64,000 nt of DNA. Source: an uncultured Nitrospinota bacterium. Lineage in GTDB: Bacteria > Tectomicrobia > Entotheonellia > J063 > CAVPRW01. The notes below the pieces were generated by a model. The model was not told the origin of the DNA, searched no databases, and worked only from the letters and a program-made list of their open reading frames with translations. The stretch covers positions 64,001-128,000 of the forward strand of contig CAVPRW010000048.1 of assembly GCA_963707985.1 (NCBI GenBank). The letters are read 5' to 3'. A program made the position numbers and the translations under genes. This document shows, in pieces, positions 22,484 to 34,167 of this stretch (the first letter of the stretch is position 1; each line of letters begins with the position of its first letter).

Positions 22484-23293
22484 CTATCTGCTTGGCGGCA
22501 GACCGACTCCCTGCAACACATAGGCTTCCTCACAGCTGACCTCGTGATGGAGGTCACCAAAGACTGATTGAGCCCAACTGCGAAGCCCCTCGATAATGGC
22601 GCGCTGGACAACAGCAGGCACGTCAAGGCCAGCCAGCCCTGGCTTTGATTGCCAGGCCTCGATCGACTGCCAAGGCGTCCTCGTCACGGTCCAGCGCACG
22701 ACAACCACCGGATCGAGTACCGTTCCACCCCGCTGCGCAAAGGCGGTTAGGAGCTGGCGCTGATGTTGCTCGCCGGCGTGACTTGAGAACCCTTGTTGAC
22801 GGAGTAAACGCTGCATCGTCTGTTGCAGCAGGGTAGGGAGGCTGTCCCTCGGGCGTTGAATCCGACCGATGATGAGACTGGCGCCATCCGGCTGCGCCAC
22901 GCGGCAGCTCTCGTCCACAACATGTGTCAGGTCAAGCAAATGGAGAGCCCGCGAGCTGAAGATGACCCTCACCACGCCATCGGCAAGCGGCCATAGATGA
23001 TCGCCGTCGGCTTGCAGCAGGAGCGACATGTGGTTCGACGCAGCCATGCGTCGGTGAAAGGCCGCCAGCATAGCGCGTGACAGATCGACACCCAAGTATC
23101 GCAGCGGCGGACGGGCCAGCCAGGTGCCGAGCATTCCAGTGCCTGCCCCTACTTCGAAGATGAGATCCCCGGGCATCGCCTCTGCCAGCCTCAGCACAGC
23201 TTGTGCGATTGCCTGGCAGTGCTGCTCGGAGACACCAGCACGCCGGTCAAACGTAGCAGCCTGAGCGTCAAAAGTAGTTGGACGGTTGGTCAT
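22484..23293 (-). CDS. Class I SAM-dependent methyltransferase
   Basis: FDAQAATFD, FEVGAGTG, GVDLSRAML, SSRALHLL. Confidence 0.85.
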   Translation of the reverse strand: MTNRPTTFDAQAATFDRRAGVSEQHCQAIAQAVLRLAEAMPGDLIFEVGAGTGMLGTWLARPPLRYLGVDLSRAMLAAFHRRMAASNHMSLLLQADGDHLWPLADGVVRVIFSSRALHLLDLTHVVDESCRVAQPDGASLIIGRIQRPRDSLPTLLQQTMQRLLRQQGFSSHAGEQHQRQLLTAFAQRGGTVLDPVVVVRWTVTRTPWQSIEAWQSKPGLAGLDVPAVVQRAIIEGLRSWAQSVFGDLHHEVSCEEAYVLQGVGLPPSR

Positions 23294-23377
23294 CTCACCA
23301 CCAAGGGCGATGGCCCCGATCACGGTCTATGAACCGGAGGCGCACATCGCTCCCATCTTATATGCCTGGGGACACGG

Positions 23378-23535
23378 CTAGACGGCAGGAATAAAATGAT
23401 CCGGCACACACTCAGTCCCTCTAGACCGTGCCTTCCCATAGTAATGGTCTTGAGGACAGACGACCTGGATGTTTTGCATCATGCCGCGGTCTTCGTGGCC
23501 AAGAATGTGGCAGTGCAGCACAAACTCGCCGATGC
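23378..23535 (-). pseudogene. Multicopper oxidase C-terminal fragment
   Basis: Frame not in the ORF track reads IGEFVLHCHILGHEDRGMMQNIQVVCP (HCHxxxHxxxGM copper motif). Confidence 0.7.
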
Positions 23536-23592
23536 AGTCGGTCTTCCCTCTCCGTTGTGTGAGCCATAGGCGTCGTAACTCCCAGGACCATG

Positions 23593-24408
23593 TCAGTCGG
23601 CATAAATCAGGGTTCCCACATCTTCCCCCTGCAGTGCCCTACTTAGGTTTCCCGGCTTGAGGCCATTGATCACCCGAATCGAACGCCGGTGGTGGGCGTG
23701 CTGCATCATTTCCAGGACCGGCCGCTCGACGACCACATCCTGGAGATCAAGCGCGTTGAGCTCAGCCACTGAGATGCTTTTGATGAATTTGGCGTGCCGA
23801 TCTTTCTTGGGATCGGCGGTATAGAGGCCATCCTCGTCCTTGACGAAGATCATCGATCTGGCGCCAAACACCTCGCTGACTAGATAGGCCCCTGTGTCAG
23901 TGCGGTGAGGTGGAATCCGCCCGAGCGGGGGATTCTCGTGCCAGAAGTTATAGGGCGGCATGCCAAAGAAAATCACGGCGCCGCGCTCGGCCAGGTAGTG
24001 CGGCAGCTGGGCAAACTGGGCGGGTTCGATGAAGGGGATACCGTACTTGGCCAGGAGGTAATTCAACATGCGGGCGTTTTGCATACTCACGAAGGTGCCT
24101 AGCACACTCAGCACGCCGGTGGGCAACCCTAGATCGAGCCCGACGCTATAAGCATGCCGTGCTCGGCTGCCACCCCCGGTGCCGATGATCATGTCGTGTT
24201 GCCCCAGGTTGGCCGCGATCTCCTCAATTAATGGGAAGACCGCCACTCGGCCGCGATCGATGAAACTCTGCCCACCGACCTTGATGACGTTGGCCTTGGG
24301 AAGAATCGGCAGCGGTGGCTCCAGACCCGTGCGTGCGAGCAGCTGTGCATCGCTGAGCGACCCCTCGACAAGATATTGACCCAGTGCAGAAAGCAGCTCA
24401 CGTGCCAT
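23593..24408 (-). CDS. Molybdenum storage protein (MosA/MosB-like, amino-acid-kinase fold)
   Basis: VIKVGGQSFIDRG, GTGGGSRARH..GLDLGLP, GMPPY..RIPPHRTDTGA, FVKDEDGLYTADP, INGLKPGNLSRALQGEDVGTLI. Confidence 0.8.
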   Translation of the reverse strand: MARELLSALGQYLVEGSLSDAQLLARTGLEPPLPILPKANVIKVGGQSFIDRGRVAVFPLIEEIAANLGQHDMIIGTGGGSRARHAYSVGLDLGLPTGVLSVLGTFVSMQNARMLNYLLAKYGIPFIEPAQFAQLPHYLAERGAVIFFGMPPYNFWHENPPLGRIPPHRTDTGAYLVSEVFGARSMIFVKDEDGLYTADPKKDRHAKFIKSISVAELNALDLQDVVVERPVLEMMQHAHHRRSIRVINGLKPGNLSRALQGEDVGTLIYAD

Positions 24409-24828
24409 GGCAGCTCAATCTCCTATGCAGTAGGGTTGCCTTGGATAGGCTCATGGTGGGCACACCTCATGCCTCCGGAGCCGTGCATGGTCGTGTTTAC
24501 ACCGCAGGGTGCCTGGCCCAATCGGCAGGTGTCATCGCCCCATTATACGGGATGATTCGGGTTGATGATAGCGCGCGTGAAAAATGTGTCACTGCGAAAA
24601 ATATGAATATGGCTGTAACACATCTCGTGCATCCGTGTGGTCTCGGATGCCGAAGAGTCATGAACGGCAGTATTAATGATTAAAAGCAAATTTTGATCAT
24701 TTTTAAAAATTATGATAAGGTTGCGTCATTCGCGGGATGAAGGCAGTTCTTTATCCCCAAAGTTTGGATCATCCAGTGATCTGCCGAATTTTTCGGAGAG
24801 GCTTCGAGCATTGCCTGGAGGGCTGCCC

Positions 24829-26032
24829 ATGCCAGAGACTGGGCCATTGGCTCAGGCACAAGAGATCGCAGTTAGTGTGCACCATCATCGTCCAGTGATC
24901 CTGATCGTTGACAATGAGCGAGGAGTACATGAGTTCTGTCACGCCCTGCTCGGCGATCAGTATGATCTTTTGGGAGCCCATGATGGCCCGGCTGCTCTTG
25001 GGACTCTCGACTCCCATGACGTTGATCTGGTCTTGCTCGATCTTCGACTGCCGGGTGTCTACGGCCTAGAATTATTAGCCCAGATCAACGATACGCGACC
25101 GCAGATCAAGGTGATCATTCTGACGGCGGTCTTGTCCGTACGCACGGCAGTGGAGGCGATGAGGAATGGTGCCTTCCATTATCTCACCAAACCATTCAGT
25201 GGCGAGGAACTATGCCTCCTGATCAAGGCAGCTCTACGTAGTGATCAGGACGATGCCCGCGTCTTGTCCAGGCGCCACCGGGCTTCACGTCATGCCCAGG
25301 GTGGCGGAGCGAGTGTGCTCTTCGTGGGGAGTGCACTGGGGCCATTGGTCACGTTGAAGCTGATGCTCGAGCAGTACGTCATGGCCGATGTTGCGGCGAA
25401 TACTACTATCGCCCTACGCTGGCTCTCACAACATCTCCCCGCACTACTCGTGGTGCATGAATCGCTACTGTCTGCCGACCGAACCCGCCTGGTCCGTATC
25501 GTGCAGTCGATGGCTCCCACTTGCCCTGTGTTCCTCATCTCCGGCAGCGAGGCAAACTCTCAGCTGCCTGTAGAGCTCGCCTCGCTGCCAATGTATAGGC
25601 TCACTGGCGACCCAGACTCTCTCGATAGACTCTTGCAAGAGCTGATTGAAGTGCTTGCCATCAGGCATACCGCAGTAGCCCCTCCACCAGCCTTCAGCCC
25701 ATACGTCGTCAAAGCACTATCCTATATCAGCACCCATTATGCCGAGGCTTTGCAGGTTGTCACAGTCGCGGAGGCGATTGGGGTGTCGGCAGGGTCATCT
25801 TGCACACCTCCTCCCCGTCGAGCTACGGGTAACGGTAAAGGAATATGTCACGAAGGTTCGAATCGAAGTGGCCAAACAGCTGCTCCATGAGCGCGGATGT
25901 ACACTCGATCATATCGCGGAGCAGGTGGGCTTTAGCGACGCCTCTCATTTCTCGCGAGTGTTTTTCCGGTATGCCGGATACCGTCCAGGTACGTATCGCC
26001 GCTATATCTTGAGCACCTTGGGTCCGTATTAA
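24829..26032 (+). CDS. Response regulator with REC, degenerate REC and AraC HTH; frameshift ~25795
   Basis: DLVLLDLRLPG..GAFHYLTKPF; IAEQVGFSDASHFSRVF..GYRPGTYR in the next frame. Confidence 0.8.
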
Positions 26033-26396
26033 CCTCTATGCCGGTTTCCGTATCCCTCAGCTCCCGCTCGGAGACTGCTGGCAGATTGGCGACATCCTTG
26101 CCAACGTGGCCCCGTTGCACCCCTACTCGTTCTACCCCATGGTTGCCGGTGGGGGCAGTCTGACACTTGACTTCACCAAATTTCTGCCCAGCACCGGCCC
26201 GCGCTTGCCTGATCTACAAGTGCTCCATTCCCAGATGGCCAAAGTCGCGTCTAACTCGAAGATGCTCTCGATTGCTTCTAGGGTAGCACAAAACTGAGGG
26301 ATGACTACCTCGCCGGGGCCACACTGACGCTGCAGCCGGTCCCAGGGCTCGATCTGCACGTGATCTGCGAAGACTCATGTACTTACGAAGCGTAGC

Positions 26397-26891
26397 CTAC
26401 TGCGAAGTCACAGTAGAGGAACCTTCATATCCCGTATCTGCGGGCAAGTTCGGCAGTTGCGCGGCCTGGAACGCGAGTCGATCGCAGCGCTCATTCTCTG
26501 CATGACCTGCATGCCCTTTGATCCACTTGAAACGCACCCGGTGCCGCTCACAGAGTCGAAGCAATTCTTCCCAAAGATCCCGATTTTCCGCCAATTGTTT
26601 GTTCGGGCGATGCCAATCGTTGGCACGCCAGCGGCGTGCCCAGCCCTTCTCGACGGCGTTGACCACGTATTGAGAGTCGCTAAAAAGCTCTACTTCACAA
26701 GGCTTCTTTAGCGCCGCCAAGCCTTTGATGGCCGCGGTTAGCTCCATCCGATTATTCGTGGTCAGCCGGTAGCCTCCCGACAACTCTTTGCGGTGATCGC
26801 CGTACAGCAACACGACTCCATACCCGCCTGGGCCAGGATTCCCGAGACAGGCGCCATCCGCATAGATCATTATATGTATCAAGGGAGCCAT
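26397..26891 (-). CDS. rnhA: Ribonuclease HI
   Basis: [45 protein letters not shown]. Confidence 0.96.
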   Translation of the reverse strand: MAPLIHIMIYADGACLGNPGPGGYGVVLLYGDHRKELSGGYRLTTNNRMELTAAIKGLAALKKPCEVELFSDSQYVVNAVEKGWARRWRANDWHRPNKQLAENRDLWEELLRLCERHRVRFKWIKGHAGHAENERCDRLAFQAAQLPNLPADTGYEGSSTVTSQ

Positions 26892-26988
26892 ACTGTTATC
26901 AGAGATCAATGCCTTTTGTCGTGCTTGACCGCCCTTGAATGCGCGCTGTTGCCCGGGGTGAACAGGTGGGCCGGTGATTTGGCGATAT

Positions 26989-27792
26989 TCACCCGACCGT
27001 CTTTACAAAGTCTCGCCAAATGGCCACGCATTGGGCTGGGGCCGAATGTTGTACATATCCACTGGCCCCTGGCACCTCGACCAACCGTGCCTTCGGCAAC
27101 AGCTCGGCCAGGCTGCGCGTCCGCTCGGATGTGTTCATGGTGCTGCCCTCGCCCACCAGCACGAGCGCTGGCGCAGTGATCTGCGGCAGGATGGGGGTTA
27201 AATCGACGCTTGAGAGATACGCCAAGGTTTCCAGCACCACATGCTGCGCGGTCTGGCTCATTTGTTGAACATACCAGGCACTATGCTGAGGATCCGATTT
27301 GCCCGGTTCTAAACGTCGGTCTGCCGTCTGCCGCACCCAGGCCTCGACGCCCTGTTCCTGCACTAGCTTATAGTAATCCAGATAGGACTGCACGCCGCGA
27401 AATTTGTAGGGCGACGTTGCTGTGGTGACCGTATGCAGGCGATCGGGGAATTGATAGGCAAACTGCAGGGCGACGGTGCCGCCAATCGTTTCCCCCACGA
27501 CATGCGCCTGGTCAATGCCCAGGTGATCCATGAGATGGACCAGATCCGTGGCAAATCCCTCTAACGACCATTGATAGCCGGGTGCGGGAATCGACGATCG
27601 GCCGAAGCCTCTTGCATCTATCCGAATCACGCGGTAATCTCGCGCCAATAATGGGACCCAAGCATACCACAGGCGGGCATTCTTGGCATTCCCATGATGG
27701 AGGATGACCGTCTCTGCCGTCGTCCACGGGTCGGTATAATCGTCATCCTCGTAATACATCTGTAAGTCGCCAGGGAGCTGTACGATGGGCAT
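26989..27792 (-). CDS. Alpha/beta hydrolase fold protein
   Basis: [14 protein letters not shown], nucleophile elbow GETIGG (Thr rather than Ser). Confidence 0.85.
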   Translation of the reverse strand: MPIVQLPGDLQMYYEDDDYTDPWTTAETVILHHGNAKNARLWYAWVPLLARDYRVIRIDARGFGRSSIPAPGYQWSLEGFATDLVHLMDHLGIDQAHVVGETIGGTVALQFAYQFPDRLHTVTTATSPYKFRGVQSYLDYYKLVQEQGVEAWVRQTADRRLEPGKSDPQHSAWYVQQMSQTAQHVVLETLAYLSSVDLTPILPQITAPALVLVGEGSTMNTSERTRSLAELLPKARLVEVPGASGYVQHSAPAQCVAIWRDFVKTVG

Positions 27793-27946
27793 TTGTGTCC
27801 CCTTCTTTCTTAGATCGGCAGGGGAGCTTCGGCGATATCGGTCGGAAGTTCGACCCCGAAGGGATGACGGTCCCGGGCCAACGAGCACCCATTTCCTGGT
27901 CCCAACCACACCCAAGTTCCCGCCGCTGGGGTATGGGCGGGGCTGC

Positions 27947-29580
27947 TCACGATGTGACCCTTAAGCTTTCAAATCGCCTTTGCTCACCGCGTGCACTTTC
28001 GGCTGATACGGCCTCTGTCTGGGGCGTGGATGGGGCCTGATACTTCCGACGTCGCCAAAAGGGCAGGGCGGGAAAGAGGCAGAAGATCGCCACCATCGCA
28101 TTGAACCAAAAGAAGTCCTGCCAGGCTGCCGTGCTGGCTTCAGCGAAAAGACGATCCCTGATCAGCGCCATGGTCTTGGTCGGGATCAGCGCCGCGATCT
28201 CCCCCGACCATTGTAGTGTTTGCTGCAAACCACGGAGCGCCCCAGCAATATCCGAAGGAATCCAGCGGGGTCTCCTCGGCAAACTGCTGGAGGTGGAAAT
28301 TGTAGCGCTGGTCCCAGAGGACCGCCGCTACGGCTGTGCCCACGGCGTTGGCGATGCTGCGGAGCACGCCGGACAGCGCCGTGGCCATATACACTTTGTT
28401 TTCCGGGAGCGCCTCCAGAGTTGCCAGGTTATTGGGGGAGACAATGAGCGCTTCAGCGATGAAGCGAACCATCAAGAAACTCGTGATCATGGACAGCGTT
28501 GTAACCTCGCTGATCCCGCTAAACCCCAAAAACCCAGCTGCGTACATGACCAGCCCAGACAGCACCAGCACATAGGCCGGCACCCGATCGGAGAGACGTC
28601 CGACAATGAGCACAGCCGCACCATAGACCAGGTTAGGGGCCATCTGCACGTAGGCCACCGATAGGGGCTCCAACCCCATGAGCCGCTGCAGCAGGACAGA
28701 CACCATGGGGCCGGTGCCGCGAAAGGTCATGGTGGTCAGGAACAAGACGATCATCGCCATGACAAACGGCACAGAGCTAAACAGCCGCAGCTCCACCAGC
28801 GGTTGCGGATGGCAGAGCTCGACCACCACCCAGGCCACAGCCGCCACACCAACGATGGCTAAAGAGGGTGAGGATATACTGCGAGTCCCAGCCCTGGCGA
28901 TTCCCCTGGCTCAGAGCTATGAGCAGCGTGGAGATCACGACGGTGATCGTCACTGCACCGAAGTAATCCAGGCGCCGTCGCTCGGGACGACGGAGGTTTG
29001 GTAACAACCAATAGGCCAGAATGAACCCCAGCGCACAAAGAGGCAGGGTGATACCATAGACCACTCGCCAGGACGCGAACGACAGCAAATTGCCCCCCAT
29101 GAAAGGGCCAAACGCCGGGCCGATCGACCAGCCCATCAAGGCGAACCCGAGTGCCATGCCGCGCTTGCCCGGCGGGAAAATTTGATAGAAAATAGCCTGA
29201 GAGAGTTGTGGGATCAACCCCCCACCGGCCCCGGACAGCATGCGAAAGAAGATCAAGGAGGGCCAGTCCCAGGCAAGCATGCTCCCCAACGATCCGACGG
29301 TCATACACCCTATACACAGTAAATAGAGTGTGCGCGGACCAAACCTGCCACTCAGCCACCCAGTGGCAGCCATGGCCACCGTGCGCACAATGCCAGGAGC
29401 GGTCAGGACCCAATGGATCTGGTACACTTCGACACGCAGGTTGGTCATGATTTGGGGGAGGATCAGCGTGGTGTTAGAGGCATCGATCGCGAAGGTGATG
29501 AGCCCCAGGCCCAAGATCGCGGTGGTAAGCCCCCGCTCGCGGGGACTGAGCTGCGCTGAGAGACTCGTCTGGGTCTGCAT
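27947..29580 (-). CDS. MFS drug:H+ antiporter (DHA2/EmrB-like); two frameshifts (~28860, ~28250)
   Basis: TGWLSGRFGPR, FPPGKRG, IGPAFGPFMGG, LSQGNRQGWDS, PLVELRLF. Confidence 0.85.
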
Positions 29581-29689
29581 GATACCTCACCAATCTATCT
29601 GTGCACGGAGCACCTCCTGTATATAGAGCTGAATCCGCGAGATGTCCAGGGCAAAGTGTATCGCAGGTGCGACGCCATTGCCCTGTGGC

Positions 29690-30105
29690 CTAGCCTATTC
29701 CTCGCGAGCGTGCAGGTCGGCGACGATGCCCTGCTGTTCGGCAAGGTGCCAGAGGGCTTTTTGCAGCATCCTTCTGCCACGATGGAGGCGCGACTGCACG
29801 GTTCCGACGGGGCAACCCACCATTTCCGCGATCTCCTAAGGCGAAAACTCCTCCATAAAATAGAGCGCCGAAACGACCCGGTAGTCCTCGGGCAACGCAG
29901 CAATGGCGCGACAAATTTGTTCCGCCTCGACTCGACTCGAGCACCAGTGCGGCCGGATCGGAGCTCGAAGCATGTAAACCCATCTCCTGGGTCTGCTTGA
30001 ACAGATAGAGCGCCGGGGCGTCTTCGAGATCGGGGAGGGCATCGATCCCAGGTTCGCACTGCCGCTTGCGGTAGGTATGAATAAACAGATTCGTGAGGAT
30101 GCGTA
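29690..30105 (-). pseudogene. ECF sigma factor remnant (regions 2-4)
   Basis: [58 protein letters not shown]-terminus absent. Confidence 0.7.
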
Positions 30106-30218
30106 GGTGGGCGACCGATCATTCGTGAGCCAAATACCTAGCTCTCGACCTTGTCGGGGTTAATCGGATTCACAAGGATAGGATGCACAGGGGGGAATCA
30201 AGCGGGGGCCATTGGTCA

Positions 30219-30807
30219 TCAACCTTTGGCAGGGATCTCAGAAACAACCTGGCCACTCTGGATTTCCAACCTACGCGGCTGTCCGGGATTCGGTCTCCCC
30301 GGTGTTTGACCGAGGAGAATGATTTCGGCATGAAGACGGTTGGGGGTCAGTTCCAGAAGGCCTACCGTGCCCAGACGCAAATCCTTGTGCTGCGGAAAGG
30401 TGGGGCTGCCGCTATTGAGTAACTACTACGTCGTCACGGAATTCCAGTCGTTCTTGATGCGTATCGCCTGCGATCATGATATCCACCGGTGCAGGGAAGA
30501 GCTGCTGCAGCTCAACTATCGGCCGGAAACCACGCTGGAGACTATGGATCATGCCGAGGCGCCAGCCATGCACCTCCATCACATGCACGTCCAGGCAGCG
30601 GGAATCCACGATGGGATCATTATTGCCCGTGGTGCAGACCACAGGGGCAAAGCGTTCAAGCCAGTCCAAGACCATTGGTGAGGTCAAATCACCGCTGTGG
30701 AGGATCAGGTCCACGCTGGAGAAAAACCTGGCGGGTTCGGGGCCCAGTTCGTCGAGTTGACGAATCAGGTTCGGAAGATGGGTATCTGAGACAATACCTA
30801 TGCGCAT
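30219..30807 (-). CDS. YfcE-type metallophosphoesterase; frameshift ~30420
   Basis: IVSDTH, ILHSGD, GNND, GDTH; continues NSGSPTFPQH..GTVGLLEL in the adjacent frame. Confidence 0.82.
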
Positions 30808-31198
30808 GCGGAGACCATACGCGTCTCAATGCTGGGAGTCAAGCTCAAAGATGGCTGAGCTGAGGCGCTACCTGGCGTTGCTGACGCATACGGTCTATAC
30901 GAATCGGGCAGGGCATGATCTGGCCTCCAAGCGGATGGATGACAGTTTCGTTGGATTGACAGGCGTGCCAAAAAGCCTCTTTCACGATACCGCAGAAGGT
31001 GCTAGAGTTGCAGGCCAATCGGCCGCTGGTGGTGAACCGACGAGTCGAGCAGGCCCCAGCTGCTAGACACCGATTCGCCGCGCTATAGCATGGTAGAGAA
31101 CCGCTACGGAGTCATCACATTGACGGAGTCTCGTCACCACTATACCGGATGTGAAGCTAGCACAATGCTGGCTTCTCCTCCACGCAAAGGAATCTCTT

Positions 31199-32065
31199 AT
31201 GCCATACGCCAACGTTCACGGTGTAAACCTGTTCTACGAGGATTACGGCCAAGGCCCAGCAGTCATTCTGACCCCTGGCGGTCGGGTGGACCGCAATGGG
31301 CTGCGCCCCATCGCCGCACTGCTGTCGCCGAAGTGTCGCGTTATCCTGCACGACCGTCGCAACTGTGGTCGGTCTGACGTGGTCATCGGCGGGGAGCTCT
31401 CGGAACAGCACCTATGGGCCGAGGAGATGGCGGGCCTTCTGGTGCAGATCGGTGCCACTCCAGCCTATGCTGCTGGCGGGTCCGCTGGTTCGAGGACCTC
31501 GTTAACTTTGGCCGTGCGACATCCTGAGGTGGTCAAGGGTGTGTTTATCTGGGAGGTCAGCGGCGGACCAAAGAGTGGAGAGCTGATGGCTCCCGGCTAC
31601 TATGGGCAATACATCGAGGCGGCGGAGCGGGGCGGGATGGCCGCAGTCGCGGAAACAGAGTTCTTCGCGCAGCGCCTTCAAGACAATCCTTCGAATCGCC
31701 AACGACTGCTGGCCATGGACGTCAGGGAATTTTGTGCCGTCATGCGACGTTGGGCCGCAGCTTTTACCGCCCCCAACCCGGTCAGCGACCTCACCGAAGA
31801 ACAGCTCAAGACCATCACGTGCCCCATGGTGATCTTTGCCGGCAACACGCCTGATGACGTGCACCACAAGTCAGCCGCAGAAGCCGTGCAGCGCTTGGTC
31901 CCCCATGCGGAGCTGCGACCGTCCGCCTGGACGCATGAGGAGTGGGATGTCATCGGGCAGCACGATCACACCTTTCCTGGGATCGCCGCAACCAACCGCT
32001 ACGCCATGAAGGCCACGTTTTATGCGGCGGCATTGCTCGATTTCATCGACAAGGTCGAGGGTTAA
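31199..32065 (+). CDS. Alpha/beta hydrolase
   Basis: MPYANVHGVNLFYEDYGQG, HDRRNCGRS, GGSAG, DDVH. Confidence 0.88.
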   Translation: MPYANVHGVNLFYEDYGQGPAVILTPGGRVDRNGLRPIAALLSPKCRVILHDRRNCGRSDVVIGGELSEQHLWAEEMAGLLVQIGATPAYAAGGSAGSRTSLTLAVRHPEVVKGVFIWEVSGGPKSGELMAPGYYGQYIEAAERGGMAAVAETEFFAQRLQDNPSNRQRLLAMDVREFCAVMRRWAAAFTAPNPVSDLTEEQLKTITCPMVIFAGNTPDDVHHKSAAEAVQRLVPHAELRPSAWTHEEWDVIGQHDHTFPGIAATNRYAMKATFYAAALLDFIDKVEG

Positions 32066-32176
32066 GGCCAGGCCATTGGAAGATAGGGCAATCGATACTC
32101 TCTGCGATTGCCCTAAACTGCAACATGGCTGTCCTACTAGCCAGGTTGACACACGAAAATGTTTGCCCCGTGGTGG

Positions 32177-33493
32177 CTATACATTGCCTTTTGGAACATC
32201 TCCCACGCCACCATCGCTCTGACGAGATCCCTCCCACGTCACATGCAAATGTTGCAGGGCACGGTTAATCAAGCTGGGCAGGTAGGTGATGCGTTGGCCT
32301 GGTACCAGGCGCAGATCCGGCAAGCGCTCCAGGAGCACCTCGATGCCAATGCGCGCCTCTAGTCTCGCCAGTGTGGCACCGATGCAATAATGGATGCCAT
32401 GCCCCAGAGAGAGATGTTTGTCGGCGTTGAAGCGGCCCAAATCAAAGTGCTCCGGCTCGGCAAACAGCCGTTCGTCCCGATTGGCTGAGGCAAAGGCCAG
32501 AAAGATGCGGGCGCCGGCGGGGATCGCCACACCGGCGATGGTGACATCTTGGGTCGCCGTACGAAACATTCCTGGGATGGCCGCATCGTGGCGCAGTCCT
32601 TCTTCCACGACGTTGGGGACTAATGATGGATCAGCCTGCAAGGCTTGCCAGAGATCAGGTTCGCGTATCAGATGGAAAAAGGTGTTGCTGAGCAAGTTGG
32701 TCGTGGTTTCCTGGCCGGCGAAGAGGAGTTGCTGCAACAGGGAGTTCAGCTCCACATCATCTAAGGGCCGTTCGCCATCCACCTCGACATGGATGAGTGC
32801 CGAGAGCAGGTCCGACTGCGGATGATGCCGACGCTCGGCGATCAGGGCATCGGCATAACGCCTGAAAGCCACTTCGGTGCGCGCCGATTTGAGCTGTTGT
32901 TCTTCGCTCATCCCTGGAACAGCGAGCAATATGTGGTCTTGGCACCACTGCTTGATGAAATCGGCATCTTCGACCGGCAGGCCAACGAACTCCAACAGCA
33001 CGCGCATGGGCAGTGGATAGGTATACTGCCGTACCAAATCGGCGTGACCAGCAGCGTAGAACTGATCGATCAACTCGTGGGCGATGGTATGCACGCGTGG
33101 CGCGATGGCCGTGACATGTTTGGGGGAGAAGGCTTTGCTCACCAGGCTCCGCGTGCGTCGATGGGTAGGTGGATCTTCGTTCACCAGGAGACGGATCTCC
33201 GGTGGAATTTGCGCCAGCTCAGCCTGCACTTCCGGACTTGGGGCCACAGGATTGCGGAAGAGGTGGGACGAGGAGAAGCGGCTGGGATCGCGCAAGATGG
33301 CCAGCACGTCATCATAGCGAGTGACCACCCAGGCGCCATGGATCGGGCTAAAAAAGACCGGCGCTTCCTGCCGTGCTTGGGCATACACGGGATATGGATT
33401 CTCTATATGGGGTGACACCAGCGGGTTAAAATGAACCGGGCAGGTTGACATGACGTTCCTCTGTTGTATCGGGTCGTGCTCGTCGTATGTCAT
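32177..33493 (-). CDS. Cytochrome P450
   Basis: DPPTHRR, AGQETT, EEGLR, SANRD, LGHGIHYCIG; start uncertain (33493 or 33451). Confidence 0.95.
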   Translation of the reverse strand: MTYDEHDPIQQRNVMSTCPVHFNPLVSPHIENPYPVYAQARQEAPVFFSPIHGAWVVTRYDDVLAILRDPSRFSSSHLFRNPVAPSPEVQAELAQIPPEIRLLVNEDPPTHRRTRSLVSKAFSPKHVTAIAPRVHTIAHELIDQFYAAGHADLVRQYTYPLPMRVLLEFVGLPVEDADFIKQWCQDHILLAVPGMSEEQQLKSARTEVAFRRYADALIAERRHHPQSDLLSALIHVEVDGERPLDDVELNSLLQQLLFAGQETTTNLLSNTFFHLIREPDLWQALQADPSLVPNVVEEGLRHDAAIPGMFRTATQDVTIAGVAIPAGARIFLAFASANRDERLFAEPEHFDLGRFNADKHLSLGHGIHYCIGATLARLEARIGIEVLLERLPDLRLVPGQRITYLPSLINRALQHLHVTWEGSRQSDGGVGDVPKGNV

Positions 33494-34167
33494 GTGCTGG
33501 ATGGCGCCGAGCCTCTCGCCGAACCAGCTATAGAGTAGTGCCTGGCCGAGACGAAGTGGCACAATCGCTTTTCCCAGCTCGATCGTCGCGCATGAATGGT
33601 GAGTACTTCGTGCCTGCGGAGGAAAATCCGAGTCACCTCCTGCTCTGTTGGAGGTGACTGATGCTGAAACGCTTCCGCCGTGGGGCGGTCGTCCTGTTGC
33701 TGTCGTACCTTGCCGTGTGCCGTGCGCTCAGCCATGCGCCCAACTCACCCGCAAGATCGTCGTTCATTATAGCATGGGTGTACGATCGCCACAGGAGCCA
33801 CGCCTCCTCATGCCCTTCAGCTCCCGCTCATTTTTAAGTATACTCTGCATAGACAAGGTTTGTCTCGCCGATGGTCTCGAGCGCATGCTTGGCGAGTGTG
33901 AGCGTCTGCCACGCCTGGGGCAATAGGGCCGAAGTGCCTGGGCGCTGGCGTGCAGATGCTTAATTTCAGTCAGGGAGCCATGCCACACGGCTTGGTCGTC
34001 CTGACCATGGAACGCATTGGTAAGCAGGGTCTGTCGGCACTCCGGGCTCACACCGTGCCCGACGTCCCCATCGCCTGCTGACCGCTTGCGGATAGAAACC
34101 GTTTCGATTGGAAAAGTCGCTTGGTGGCACATCGAGAAATATCTGTCAGCAGACAGGGGGGCAAGCC

